Shown in pieces: positions 51,601 through 63,005 of a DNA stretch of 64,000 nt. The notes beneath the pieces are model-generated. The model was not told where the DNA came from. It saw only the letters and a program-made list of their open reading frames with translations, and searched no databases. The position numbers and the translations under genes were made by a program. Source of the DNA: Eledone cirrhosa (Eukaryota); the NCBI GenBank assembly GCA_964016885.1, contig OZ024745.1:29760001-29824000 (forward strand). Direction: 5' to 3'. Every line of letters begins with the position of its first letter. Position 1 is the first letter of the stretch.

Positions 51601-51982
51601 CTTTATATGTCCAGATGTCGTATGTCAGCGACAAATTGTCGCTGTTTTTTGTGTGGGGGCCCTAAGCTATAGCTTGTTTAGCTTATACGTAAATCCCACT
51701 CTGCTTGCATGTTAATTTCTCGAACAGGCTGTTCAGTTGATCGAACTGGAACACTCGTCATCAGAAACGACGGAGATCCGACAACCCACAGCACAGACTG
51801 ACATACGGAATACAACACAATGAATGTTTTCGTAAATCAAATGACCGTTTACAGAAAGAGAGAAATAAGTGAAATGTTAAGCTAAAAGAGGATATAATTA
51901 CCTCATTTGCCTTACACACACCGTGGAATAATGGCAACAACAACATTAAACTACAAACACGGCCCATGACAGACGACGCCAT
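33254..51982 (-). CDS. PIGK: GPI-anchor transamidase catalytic subunit (PIG-K/GPI8, peptidase C13); complete 10-exon gene, about 350 aa
   Basis: Exons 51982-51902, 48457-48312, 47500-47442, 46705-46629, 45508-45397, 44296-44200, 43905-43788, 42363-42253, 36860-36679 and 33323-33254 join in frame. Hallmarks: [30 protein letters not shown], catalytic GHGG and IDTCQA. Confidence 0.96.
33400..33810 (+). mobile_element. RTE LINE 3' fragment
   Basis: [35 protein letters not shown]. Confidence 0.8.
34285..34479. mobile_element. Mariner-derived MITE
   Basis: TIRs CAAGGGTTGACTGAAAAGTTCATAGACTGAC / GTCAGCCTATGAACTTTTCAGCTGACCCTTG; TA target duplication. Confidence 0.85.
35012..35100. repeat. Hairpin inserted in (TA)n
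   Basis: TAGGAAAAGAGTCAAGACCACAATGGCTGAGC / GCTCAGCCATTGTGGTCTTGACTCCTTTCCTA. Confidence 0.85.
35202..35879 (+). mobile_element. Internally deleted mariner transposon
   Basis: TIRs CTTGGCATGGCAATAAAGTC / GACTTTATTGCCAGGCCAAG with TA flanks; transposase HTH ([27 protein letters not shown]). Confidence 0.88.
35905..36385. repeat. Inverted copy of 31373-31850
   Basis: High-identity reverse complement flanked by (TA)n. Confidence 0.85.
36679..36860 (-). CDS. PIGK: PIGK exon 9
   Basis: [60 protein letters not shown]. Confidence 0.93.
37390..39500 (-). mobile_element. RTE-type LINE, 5'-truncated, young copy
   Basis: ORFs 39057-39545 and 37824-38999 encode RT (DLEKAFD, QGSVLSP, YADD); 3' UTR and (ATG)n tail. 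Confidence 0.95.
41436..41630 (+). mobile_element. tRNA-derived SINE family 1 (Nin-like core)
   Basis: A box GGATTGTCAGTATCGGTAG, B box GAGTTCAAATCCC, core GCCTTTCATC..GGGGTCGATAAAATAAAGTACC. Other copies near 2320(-), 5960, 8775, 10840, 22440, 25830(-), 46868, 49420, 51068(-) and 62135. Confidence 0.85.
42253..42363 (-). CDS. PIGK: PIGK exon 8
   Basis: [37 protein letters not shown]. Confidence 0.95.
43788..43905 (-). CDS. PIGK: PIGK exon 7 (catalytic Cys)
   Basis: [39 protein letters not shown]. Confidence 0.95.
44200..44296 (-). CDS. PIGK: PIGK exon 6 (catalytic His)
   Basis: [32 protein letters not shown]. Confidence 0.95.
45397..45508 (-). CDS. PIGK: PIGK exon 5
   Basis: [37 protein letters not shown]. 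Confidence 0.95.
46150..46525 (-). mobile_element. CRE-like (restriction-like endonuclease) non-LTR retrotransposon 3' end
   Basis: [41 protein letters not shown] matches the ET.G..G / QRGNA C-terminus. Confidence 0.7.
46629..46705 (-). CDS. PIGK: PIGK exon 4
   Basis: [25 protein letters not shown]. Confidence 0.95.
46868..47055 (+). mobile_element. tRNA-derived SINE family 1 copy
   Basis: Close match to 41436-41630. Confidence 0.85.
47442..47500 (-). CDS. PIGK: PIGK exon 3
   Basis: (S)[19 protein letters not shown](G). Confidence 0.93.
48312..48457 (-). CDS. PIGK: PIGK exon 2
   Basis: [48 protein letters not shown]. Confidence 0.95.
48719..49398. mobile_element. Inverted plus partial-tandem element (Penelope pLTR-like)
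   Basis: Arms 48719-48883 and 49043-49210; direct partial repeat 49306-49398; hammerhead in the spacer. Confidence 0.65.
48901..48943 (+). ncRNA. Minimal type I hammerhead ribozyme motif
   Basis: ACATTG-CTGACGA-T-AGCT-AATA-AGCT-T-GAAA-CTAG-TA-CAGCGT: stem I, core, stem II, palindromic stem III and GUA cleavage triplet. Confidence 0.7.
50196..50923. repeat. Foldback element with arms of about 310 bp and a 100-bp spacer
   Basis: Arms 50196-50519 and 50619-50923. Confidence 0.9.
51548..51703. mobile_element. hAT-type MITE
   Basis: TIRs CAGGGCCGGATTTA / TAAATCCCACTCTG; 8-bp target duplication CTTGCACG/CTTGCATG. Confidence 0.85.
51902..51982 (-). CDS. PIGK: PIGK exon 1 (signal peptide)
   Basis: [27 protein letters not shown]|gtaatt. 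Confidence 0.85.
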
Positions 51983-52672
51983 CTTGCTCGGAAGTCAGCA
52001 CTACTACTGCTACATTACCGGTTACCACTAATATTAGTGCTACTATTACATTACCGGTCACTACTACTGCTAGTTACAATCCGATCACCACCACTATTAC
52101 TACTACAACTGGTACTGTTACATCTTTACTAATCACCACTACTATTACATAAAATCAAATGGTCCGAGGGGTTGGGGCTTTACCAGAAATGAAACATAAG
52201 CAAATCCGATTTTTTGTGAATCTATTTAAGTCATAGATAGAGGATCACTCTCCCAATATCTCACTACTGTAAACGTTATTTTCTGTATGCATAAAGATAT
52301 AAATGCAAAGGTTTAGAAAGAATTTAAGACACTTTTATTTTTAATTATTCTTAAACTCGTTTAAACAAATGTATAAGTTTACATAGATACATATATATGT
52401 TTGTATGTCTATATGATGCTATAAGTATACAGGTGAAACTCTAGGATGACAATTAATTTAACTTATATAATAAAGACGGAAGTTAAATTACTCTACGGAG
52501 AAAGAAGTGAATAAGCTGTTACTAATAGCAACGTAACGCTGTTTCGTTTTGTTTATGATTTTTAATAAATTACAACAGCAACAAAATTAATTAAAATATT
52601 TCGTCGTATTTTTAATAAATGCAAATTTTTTGTATTTTTTTCTGTGGACATTGTTAATACTAAACAGCTAGA
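51983..52672. promoter_or_regulatory. Probable bidirectional promoter between PIGK and AK5-like
   Basis: Two divergent ATGs only 690 bp apart in a region where introns are kilobases long. Confidence 0.6.
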
Positions 52673-52732
52673 ATGGACGCGGCTGATTTTAAAGATTATC
52701 TATCCCACAATAATATAGATGAATTATTTAAG
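52673..52732 (+). CDS. AK5: AK5-like exon 1
   Basis: MDAADFKDYLSHNNIDELFK|gtaaga. Confidence 0.85.
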
Positions 52733-55700
52733 GTAAGAAACTAAATTAAAAGAAATTAATATTGAATTACATTAAATAGAACTAAAATAGGAAAATAAAT
52801 TATATCTCGTCCAAGCCTCCCATCTCTATCTATGTGATTCAAGTTAGGTGAATTTCCGGTCTTTTTCGGGTATGTGATGAGGTTTGTGAAAGCCATAGTT
52901 ACTGCCCTTTCTTACAAAAATGAAAATAAAAAACATCATCTTTACCATCATCACTGTCACTTTAGGCATAATCATCGTCAAGAATGACAATATCACTACC
53001 TCGATTGCCTTCGCCACCTCGACAACTACCACCCCATCACCTCAATCATCACCACTCCCACCACCACCACCTTCACCACTATCACTATCAATTATTTACA
53101 TCATAGTCGTCATCATCATCTTCACAACACCTCCACCACAACCACCATCATTACCATGCAGACTAACAGAAAAGGTAAATTTTGTATGTGGGAGATGCGC
53201 AGATGTAATTAATAGTAAGAGTCCCAATCTTGGGAAAGTTCCATAAAAGTAGGTAGTTGATAGCTTCTGTTACCCTGCTGAAACCATAGTCATTTTTCCA
53301 TCTTTCTGAAAGTATCACTAGGTTTGCTGATTCTTGATATTTCATTGTCATGGGTACAGCTAGTACATGACTAATCTCTTATCAAGCTGATTGTTAAATC
53401 AAGCACAGAACATGCACTGCTGAAGGAATCCATTAGGTGCTGCAATCAACAATGGAAATAGTGTTGGCATTGTTATGTTGCCCTGTTTGATGCCAGTCAT
53501 TACAGCAATAGGTTTTGACACACTTCCACCAATATTCCCTCAGGCTTTCATGTCGTCATGAAATTGAAGCAGGATTGCCAAGGCTTTGTCTGGACAATCA
53601 ATCTTTCCAAGTATTTTATGTCAAATACCTTTGTCAGATCAATAAATACTTGAAACATCTACATTTTGCTACATACATTTTTTCTGAAGTTGTCTGGTTA
53701 AAAATATTGTGTCAACTGACCTCTGCCTCATCTAAAACCACATTAAGATTCTGAAAGAACATCGTCAGCAATGTGTTGGATAAATCTGTTAAGCATAATT
53801 CTGCACAGAACCTTTCCAGCCATTGGCAGCAGCGCTATTCCTCTTAGTTGCCACTATCATCCTTTCCACTTTTTCCTTTATTCAGGACAACCATCCTTCC
53901 AGTCCTATGGTTCTATCTCTTCTGTCCAACGTTCTGTATCAATGAAGCAAGGGAACATATTAAGTTTTCACTTCCACACTTAAAGAAGCTTGCAAACAAG
54001 CCACCCATACTGGGAGTGTAGCCACTGTTAAGTTTCTGAACAACGACTCCAATTTTTTGTAATAAAGGAATCTCTTCCAGAGCATCTTTGACAAGTTTGC
54101 ATGGTATTGATTCAAGAAACTCCACGTTGATTTCTGAAGGCTGATTTAGAATTTCATCAAAGTGCTGTTGCCACCTGCCCAGTATTTATTTTGGTTGCCT
54201 GAGAAGAGATTTTCCATCTTTAGTGTGTAATGGTACAACAGGAGAAGATGAAGGCCCATAGACCTTGTAATATAACAGATTGGTGTTGTTGGTACTGGAG
54301 GCAGATTGAATTTCATCTGCCTTGGTACTCCACCATGTCTCTAGCATGATTCTCAATTGTTGCTGGACATGAGATTTCACATCTTTGAATGCATTTGTCT
54401 GTTTTACTTGTTCAGTGGTGAAGTGGCCACTTTTGAGCAAGTTCAAAAGTGCCCTCTTCTTTACTGATAGTAACTTACTTGTTTTCTTGTTATTCTCATT
54501 AAACCAATACTGGTGTTTGCATTTTGTAAAACCAACTTCATCAGCACAGCTATTATACACTTATTCCATAAATCTTTCCCAATTATTTTCCCAATCCATC
54601 TCATCCAGGTGCTGGACAAGTTGGGCTTTAATCTTGGGGTCTTTCTAGTGGATAATATCTAGCTTCTTTGGAAGTGTGACACTGTTGCACCTAATCCTTG
54701 GCTTTATTACAAACTTAAATTTTCCCCAACCAGCCTACGGTCAGTCCAGCATTCAGCACCTTGCATTGCACAGATAATGCACACTTCAAGAGAGTCACAC
54801 CTGTAAGTTATGAAATAGTCTGTTAGATTTCACTGCTTGGAGCCAGGATGCATCCATGTGGTCTTATACTTATCTTTCATTTTGAACATAGTATTGCAAA
54901 GACATAAATCAAGTTTAGCACACATTTGAAGCAAATGCATCCTATTGCCGTTACATTTACCCACACCATGTTTAACAAGAGCCACCTATGTCTTAGAATC
55001 TGTACCTACTCATGCATTGAAGTTGCCAAGGATGATGAATTTATTAGCACAAGAAACCTTTTGAATAACTACTGTAAGAGACATGTAGAAGGAAACCTTT
55101 TCTTCTTCGGGTGAAGTCATATTGGGAGTATAAATGCTAACAAGGGTCGCATATCGGTCATTCACTAAAGGAAGTCTGATATATATTAGCCTGTCATTAA
55201 CTTCACAAGGGAGTTCTCACAGACACGATACAGGAGTTGTCTTCACAGCCAAAACTACATCAGACTCTTTTACACTCCTCACCGTTACCACCCCAGTAAA
55301 AGATGTCGCTGGCCTGTTCCATAAAATAAGCCTTGTTTCTAATAGAGCTGTTATGTCCATACTACAACACTGTAACTGATACACTATGAGCACAGATCTG
55401 CTTTCTGGACATGTTGTTGATTCATTATTTAATAGCGTTTGGATGTTCCAACCACCAATATTCATATTTGTATATTTTCTAACAGTAGCAGGATGATGAC
55501 CAGGCTTGAGCTACAGTTTCCCCAGGATACCACATCCACTGGACCAGACTCTTTCAACACTCTTTCCAGAGTCCTTATTGTCGTTGACTTTAATAATGTT
55601 ATTAGCTTTCAATGAATTCGGATTGCCATTTAAGGCTACAGCCAGCCATTATGTTATAAAACAGAAAGATACTGATAGTGATCAAGTATTATCTGTGTTT

Positions 55701-58700
55701 GAAATTTTCTTAAGTGAGGAAAGGCCTTACACAGACCAATTCCACTCTTTGAACAATGATAACAGGTATCCAAAAAGAAGAACAAGCCAACAACATTGGT
55801 TGCCATTGAGTCACAGGTGCGCTTATTGTGCACCTGGGTACTAACGTATGGATTTTTACGTCCTTAGGCAACAGTATTTACACATATATACAGTTTTTCT
55901 CATATATACACACATGCACACAATCCCACATACATATCCATGCACACACACACACAATATATATATACATATGTACACACTATTGGATGGCCGTTGACTC
56001 TCATGAGTTTTTCCACCCTTTGTTGGAGGATATCCAAAAGCATCCTCCTTATCAAGCAAGCTTGGTAGGATTGCTAGTTTAGTTGCCAATGACTCAACCA
56101 TATGACAGGTTGTACTGGGTTACATGTTAACAGAAAAAAAAAATATTCATCTGTTTTATTGTTTTAAAACAGGGACTGATGTTTGGGCTGATGTTATCTC
56201 AGCCTGCCTCTCCTGTTGACTATCTCATTGATAGTCTAAAGAAAATAGAAGAGCAAGACATTCATGCCATATCATGGAAAGATTTCTCCGATGTCAAACC
56301 TAAAGTAATCAAACCATATGAGCTATCGAAAGCATCTCAAGAACTTGATATTAGTCGTGATGAAAAAATTGAAATACCTAACGAATTTAAAATGCATGAA
56401 GAAACTTATGACATACCAAAAACATCAAGGTCTTCTGTAACATTTGTGGAAGTCCCAGGCAAGTGTTCATTGTTCTCTCTATATCTTTCTCCTTACCCTC
56501 TCTCTCTCTTTCTCTTTGCATATATATCCCATATATACTTGATTATAAGCTGACTTTTTTATGGGCAAAAATCCAAACCCTGCATAAGAATCCAGTGTAA
56601 CATTCACCTCCAAAGTGAAAATATTTTAACACCTCATTTACGTAGAATTTGAAGTTGGTGAAATTTGTAAAATATTTACCTTGAATATAAGAAGACCCCC
56701 ATTTCACCATTGATTTTTTTTTTGTCACATATTTCTATAGACATATCATTATCATCATCATCATCATCATAATAATTTTACGTTCACTTTCCATGCCGGC
56801 ATTGATTAGACTGGATGTCACATTCTGAAACTATACTGATCAGTGAATCATACCCTGCTCATACGTTCCATACTTTGCATTGTTTCTACTGCTGGATGCC
56901 TTACCTAACTTCAACCCCTTTACAGAGTATACTGGGTGCATTTTACTATGGCACCAACTCGGCTACATTACAAGGTGGACTAAGTGCATTTTATCATGGC
57001 ACCTGCACTAACTCTTTACATGATGGCTTAGGAACATTTTATATATACATATATATATGTATGTGTGTGTGTGAAGGTCCATGGCTTAGTATTTAAAGTG
57101 TTGGGCTTGCAATCATGAAGTCATGAGTTAGATTTCCCAATCGAGTGATACGTTGTGTCCTCAGGCAAGACACTTTAATTTGCGTTGCTCCAGTTTACTC
57201 AGCTTTAGAAATGTGTTCCGACGTCACAGGTGCCAAGCTGCATCAGCCTTTGGCCCTTGAACAATGTTGGTGGCATGGGGAGCAGAGACCAGTATGAAAG
57301 GGAGACTACTAGTCTTCCACAAACAACTTTGCCCGGAATTGCTTCTTGGAGGGGAACTTTCTATGTGTAAATCCCATGATTGTTCATGACCAAAGAGGGT
57401 CATTATGTATACATATACATATATATATATTATCATCATTTTACGTCCACTTTTCCCTGCTTCCAAGGGTTGGACGGGTCCTATTCAGCACAGCATCTCT
57501 CCACTTGTCACGGTCCATCATCATCTCCTTGGTGAGTTTCAGCAATCTGAGGTTTGTTCTCACCACCACCGCTCATGTTTTTCGTTGTCTACCTCTACTG
57601 CGTCTTCTTTCTACTGGGATTTCTTGGCACTTCTTTACCCAGCAATCATCCTCCATGCGCAACACATGTCCATACCATCTCAAACTTCTCTCCTGCCCAC
57701 CACAACTTATCCCTCTTATATATATATATATAAGGGCATCCAACCAGTGTATCAATGCCAAAACGCTTATCAGTACAGCAACAAATAGTTAGGAACAAAA
57801 ACAAAATATGAAGACGTCGCATCTCAGAGTTGCAACACATAATGTTGGCACTCTCAGAGGTAGATCTGCTGAAATAGCGGAGATGCTGGAGAGAAGGCAT
57901 GTGGATGTGTGCTGTGTGCAAGAGGTGAGATGGAGAGGTGCCTATGCGAGACTAGTCATAGGCAAACATAACTATAAGCTTTTCTGGGTAGGTAAGGATG
58001 ATGGGTTAGGGGGAGTAGGCATTTTCCTGGCTGAGAGATGGATCAATAAGACAATATGGGTAGTTCAAATTAGTAATCGAATAATTAAGCTTAGATTAGT
58101 TGTAGGCAGGAGACTACTGACAATCATCTCTGCCTATGCTTCCCAAGCAGGCCTAGGCAAAGATGAGAAAGACTGCTTTTACGAGCAACTTTTACAAACA
58201 ACCGCAATGACAGAGGACGGAGACATCGTTATGCTAGGTAAGGCTGTGGTAAGGTTATGGTAAGGCTGCTGGACCATCGGGAATAGTTGCTGAGATGCTG
58301 AAGGCATCAAGGGACATAGGCACTAAACTGGTTGCACGCATCATCAATCAGGCTATATATGGTGGTGCCATACCCAAAGACTGGTGCAGCAGTATTCTCA
58401 TAAATTGCTACAAAGGTAAAGGGGATGCTCTGGAGAGGAGCAATTATAGGGGTATAAAACTGATGGATCAGGTTATGAAAGTGGCAGAAAGGATATTAGC
58501 ACAACTAATTAGAGAAAGGGTCAAACTAGATGAGATGCAGTTTGGTTTTGTGCCTGGGAAGAGTACAACAGATGTCCTCTTCTTGGTGAGAAAATTACAA
58601 GAGAGGTTCTTAGAGAAAAATAAGCCACTATACTTAGCCTTTGTTGACCTAGAGAAGGCCTTTGATAGGGTGCCCCGATCTGTCATCTGGTGGTCTCTAA

Positions 58701-61700
58701 GGAAACTAGGTGTTGAGGAATGGCTTGTGAGGACAGTGCAAACTTTGTACAGAGGTACTGTCAGTAAAGTGAGGGTAGGAATGGAGTTTAGTGAGGAATT
58801 CCAGATACAAGTAGGAGTACATCAAGGTTTGGTCCTCAGCCCGCTCTTATTCATTATAGTCTTCCAAGCTATAACAGAGGAGTTTAAGACTGGCTGTCCA
58901 TGGGAACTTCTCTATGCTGACGATCTGGTTCTTATAGCAGAATCAGTAGAGGAGCTAGAGAATAAATTCTGGCTATGGAAACAGCAGTTGGAAGCAAGAG
59001 GACTGAGAGTGAACTTAGCTAAGACAAAAGTGTTGATAAGTAGAAAAGAGGACAAAACTCTGATTCCGTCAGGGAAATGGCCATGTTCAATATGCAGAAA
59101 AGGAACTGGCATAAATTCTATAAAATGCACACAATGCAGATCCTGGGTACACAAGAGATGTAGTGGGATAGCAGGCAAACTAACAGGTAGGGAGAAATAC
59201 GTATGCAGTAGAGGTACAGGGAAATTAGACAGTAGAAGTCGCATTGATAAACACATTTTTCAAATGCAGGCGGGTGCTATAGAAGTGGTGGATAGCTTCC
59301 GGTACCTAGGAGATCAGATTAGCATGGGAGGGGGGTGTTCTGAGGCCATAGTATCTAGAATAAGGACGGGTTGGAAGAAGTTTAGGGAGCTGCTTCCTCT
59401 GCTGACAAAGAAGGGTTTCTCCCTGCGTACGAAAGGCCGATTATATGATGCATGGTAGTGAGACATGGGCAGCAACTGCAGAGGATATGCGACGGCTGGA
59501 GAGAAATGAGGCAAGCGTGCTCTATTGGATGTGCAGTGTCAATGTGCATGAATGACCCAGCATGAATGTGTTGAGAGAGAAACTGTGTCTGAGAGGGATA
59601 GAATGTAGTGTACGGGAGAGGAGACTGGGGTGGTATGGACATGGGATGCGCATGGAGGATGACCGATGGGTGAAGAAGTGCCAGGAAATGCCAGTTGAAG
59701 GAAGACGTGGTAGAGGTAGACCACAAAAAACATGGGCGGAGGTGGTGAGAACAGACCTCAGATCGCTGAAGCTCACGGTGGAGATGACGAAGGACCGTGA
59801 CAAGTGGAGAGATGCTGTGCTGAATAAGACCCGTCCCACCTTTGCTCGCAGGGAAGAGCTGACGTAAAATGATGATGATGATATATATATATATATGGAG
59901 GCACATAGCTTAGTGGTTAGCCTTGCAATCGAAAGGCTGTGAGTTCAATTCTCAGACCGGGTGATGTGTTGTTTCCTTGAGCAAGACACTTTATTTCACA
60001 TTGCTCCAGTTTACTCAGCTGTAGAAATGAGATGATAGGACTGGAGTCTCTATCATTCCACTGCAAAGTGGTCGTGGAGGTGCCACGGCAAAAAAGCACC
60101 CAGCACTCACTGTAAATGAGGTTGGTGTTAGGAAGGGCATCCAGCTGTAGAAATCAAGCCAGAATCAGTTCCCGTCCCACCCTTGCAAGCAGGGAAAAGC
60201 GGACGTAAAATGATGATGATGATATATATACATACAGTGGGGGGGGGGGGGGGGGCACGTGGCCTAGTGGTAAGGTTATTCTACTTACGATCATAATATC
60301 ATGGGTTCGATTCCAGGGTTGTGTGTTGTGTTCTTCAGCAAAACACTTCATTTCACGATGCTCCAGTATACTCAGCTGAAAATGAGTACCAGCAATAGCT
60401 GCTATGGACTGCCGTCCTGTCCAGTGGGGAGTCTTGAACTCTCAGTCGCTTCACGCCACGAAACCGGGAGAAGCACTGACCAAATGAATCAACTAGACAA
60501 CAACAGTATGGACACTGCTATAAGTAGCTAAAGTCCAGTTGGTGGTATTAAACCAGGCAATGGATTACACCTGTCACCAAGGCTTAAGACAGACTTTATA
60601 TATATATATATATGCATACATATATACATAAGTAATGGGTTTGGTATGATGAACTAAATCCCTTGAAAGTAGTGCCACAGCATGACCTTAGTATAATGGC
60701 TGAAACCAGTAAAAAAGAAAAAAAATTTCTATAAATAGAGCTTTGTGTTTCTTTATTTCCTCTTCAAGGTCTGATACCAGAAGGTAAACACATAGGGAGA
60801 ATCCCGTCCACTGAAGCCATTGAAGATGATATATCTATCACCCAGAAGCCAGTCATACTTATAATAGGTGAGTACAACAGTAGATAGCTATGTTCAGACA
60901 GTATAGTTAAATTGTTAAGCCTTTCAATATCAAACCATCTGATCTGAAAGAAAACAACTGTGTTCAGGCATATCATGTGTCATGTCAGTGCTCCTGTGAC
61001 TCCATAAGGAGTTAAGGATCCTTCCTTTCTCTCTTTCTTTCTTTCTTCCCCAACACCACCACTACCACTGCTACTATATATAACTCTATTTTATAAGTTG
61101 TTGGCTTTCATCCATATTGCCAGGTGCCCCAGAATCTGAGAAAACACTATTTGCTAGAATGATCAGAGAGGATAATCCCAACTGGGTTATTGTATCAAAG
61201 TTTACATACACAATCATGAAATTTGCCACCACGGAAAACCTTAATGAGATTCCTATGGATGTAAGTATTCCAAAATTCCACCATTTCAGCTGTACTTCTT
61301 TGTTTTTAGTTGTTTCGTCAGTTGTATCCGTGAGCAAGACACTTTACTTCCCATTGCTAGACCACCCCTTGTAACAAAATTTTATTTCTTTTCACTAATA
61401 TTATGCTAAATACTTTCAGTCAGGGAGTTGGGAAGGGCAGTGCCCACAACCCTGTTTAGGGCCTTCTAGACTGACAGAATGGATGGAGGGAGGCTACCCT
61501 GAACCAGAGATCTGGTTCAAATATTCACAAAAGAATGGACACTGCTACAGGTAGCCAAAGTCCAGTTCGTGGTGTTACACCAGATAACAACAATGTGGAC
61601 TCTGCTAAAAGTAGCCATTGCTCAGTTGGTGGTGTTAAACTAGACAACAACAGAATGGACACTGCTATAGGTAGCTAAAGTCTAGTTGGTGGTATTAAAC

Positions 61701-62474
61701 CAGGCAATGGATTACACCTGTCACCATGGGATTTGAACTCACAACTCAAAAGGCTGGATCAAATTCTGCAAAATCAAATGCCCAATACTCCAACAATTCC
61801 ACCAGTATACCTCCTTAGATAAGCACTTCATTTTATTGACCCTGAGAAAATGAAAGACAAAGTTGGCTCTGGTTGGATTTATACTCAAATTGCTGTGAGC
61901 CAAAATATATATCACAAATATCATGACACCAGCACTGGTGATGGTGGTGGTGGTGGTATGACTGGGGGGTCAAGTCATATCTTGACTGAAACGTCTTCTC
62001 TAACCTTTTCTATGGCTGGATGCCCTTCCAAATGCCAATTACTTTACAGAGTCTACTGGGTGCATTTTATCAGGGCACTAGTACTGAGGGATGCTCAAAT
62101 TCTTGCCATAGTTTCTAAGACTAGATGCCATTATTATGTTCAAATCCCGCCGAGGTCAACTTTGCCTTTCATCGTTATGGGGTCGATAAAATTAATTACC
62201 AGTAATGCACTGGGATAATTGATGGCCTTATGCTAAAAGAAGAAACAATTATTAAAACCAATTACTTTACAGAGTGTACTGGGTGTAATATATTTGTTTT
62301 ATATATTTTATTGTTTATTGTTTATTTTTTAAAATGTTTATTAATGTTTCATTCTTTCCAATTTTGTAGAAAGGATTTATTCAGAGGAGTCTGCAAAAAT
62401 GTGACTATGCTGAATGTTTCCTCGTGGTAGACTTCCCGACAACCATGGAGCAGGTCCAAGCCTTTGAAAATTGT
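52673..62474 (+). CDS. AK5: Adenylate kinase 5-like protein (N-terminal RIIa/Dpy-30-like docking domain plus AK domain); 3'-partial, 5 exons in window
   Basis: Exons 52673-52732, 56173-56458, 60769-60867, 61124-61260 and 62370-62474 join in frame. The N-terminus MDAADFKDYLSHNNIDELFKGLMFGLMLSQPASPVDYLIDSLKK matches the AK5 N-terminus. AK-like motifs VILIIGAPESEKT and FLVVDFPTTMEQ. Confidence 0.8.
53370..55470 (-). mobile_element. Degenerate RTE/BovB-like LINE (APE plus RT)
   Basis: MNIGGWNIQTLLN..CPESRS APE start, WFNENN, WWSTKADEIQ and GIKQG remnants; many disruptions. Confidence 0.8.
56173..56458 (+). CDS. AK5: AK5-like exon 2 (GC donor)
   Basis: aacag|GLMFGLMLSQPASPVDYLIDSLKKIEEQDIHAISWKDF...TFVEVP|gcaagt. 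Confidence 0.8.
57428..57716 (-). mobile_element. RTE LINE 3' end, inverted relative to the adjacent copy
   Basis: LRWYGHVLRMEDDCWVKKC..RGRQRKT and (GAT)n tail; same family as 59600-59880. Confidence 0.85.
57730..59881 (+). mobile_element. RTE-type LINE with APE endonuclease and RT, internally deleted
   Basis: 57808-58263 APE N-terminus (ATHNVGTL, CVQEVRW, ISAYA); 58295-59458 RT (YADD); (GAT)n tail. Confidence 0.93.
59897..60222 (+). mobile_element. tRNA-derived SINE family 2 (CORE-like) with RTE-derived 3' tail
   Basis: A box TAGCTTAGTGGTTAG, B box GAGTTCAATTC, CCTTGAGCAAGACACTT, tail GGACGTAAAA(TGA)n. Related heads near 4422, 4860(-), 19826, 36470(-), 40290(-), 57073 and 60255. Confidence 0.85.
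60769..60867 (+). CDS. AK5: AK5-like exon 3
   Basis: ttcaag|LIPEGKHIGRIPSTEAIEDDISITQKPVILII|gtgagt. Confidence 0.75.
61124..61260 (+). CDS. AK5: AK5-like exon 4 (degenerate P-loop)
   Basis: gccag|GAPESEKTLFARMIREDNPNWVIVSKF...EIPMD|gtaagt. Confidence 0.8.
61530..61727. repeat. Tandem repeat of about 59 bp, with a further copy at 60490-60580
   Basis: ATGGACACTGCTA..GTAGC.AAAGTCCAGTTGGTGGT units. Confidence 0.75.
62370..62474 (+). CDS. AK5: AK5-like exon 5
   Basis: ttgtag|KGFIQRSLQKCDYAECFLVVDFPTTMEQVQAFENC|gtgagt. Confidence 0.8.
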
Positions 62475-62762
62475 GTGAGTACTTCAGTTCGACCCCACTA
62501 TGAGTACCTCAGTTCCACCCCAGTACTTCAGTCTTACTCCAGCAATTCAGCCCTACCCCATTGTCTCTGAATACCTCAGTTCCATCCCACTGACAATACT
62601 TCAATTCTACCCCAATATCTCTGAGTACCTCAGTTCCATCTCACCATCTTCGAGTAGCCCACTTCCATCCCACTGCCCCTGAGTACCTCAGTTCCACCCC
62701 TTTATCCCTGAGTCCCTTAAGTCTACTCCACAATCTCTGAGTACCTCACTTCCACCCCAGTA
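62472..62762. repeat. Tandem repeat of about 40 bp (GAGTACCTCAGTTCCACCCC)
   Basis: About 7 degenerate units starting at the AK5-like exon 5 donor. Confidence 0.8.
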
Positions 62763-62944
62763 TTTTTCTTTCATAACACCCTCATTACTATCCATACTTA
62801 TTGACTCATTAATGGCATCCACTGTCTCATAGAACCAAAACTATAGCCCTAACCCTAACCCCTGCCATATCCTCTGGTAACTCTTGTCATCTATCTATCT
62901 GTCTATCTATTTCTTGCTTTCTATCTATTTATATCTTTTCCCCC

Positions 62945-63005
<61 letters not shown>

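Noticed and set aside
59897-59960. tRNA gene
   Set aside because: A and B boxes are present, but the sequence runs on into a SINE body and occurs as many diverged copies.
62847-62862. Telomere-like CCCTAA repeats
   Set aside because: Only about 2.5 units, so not informative.
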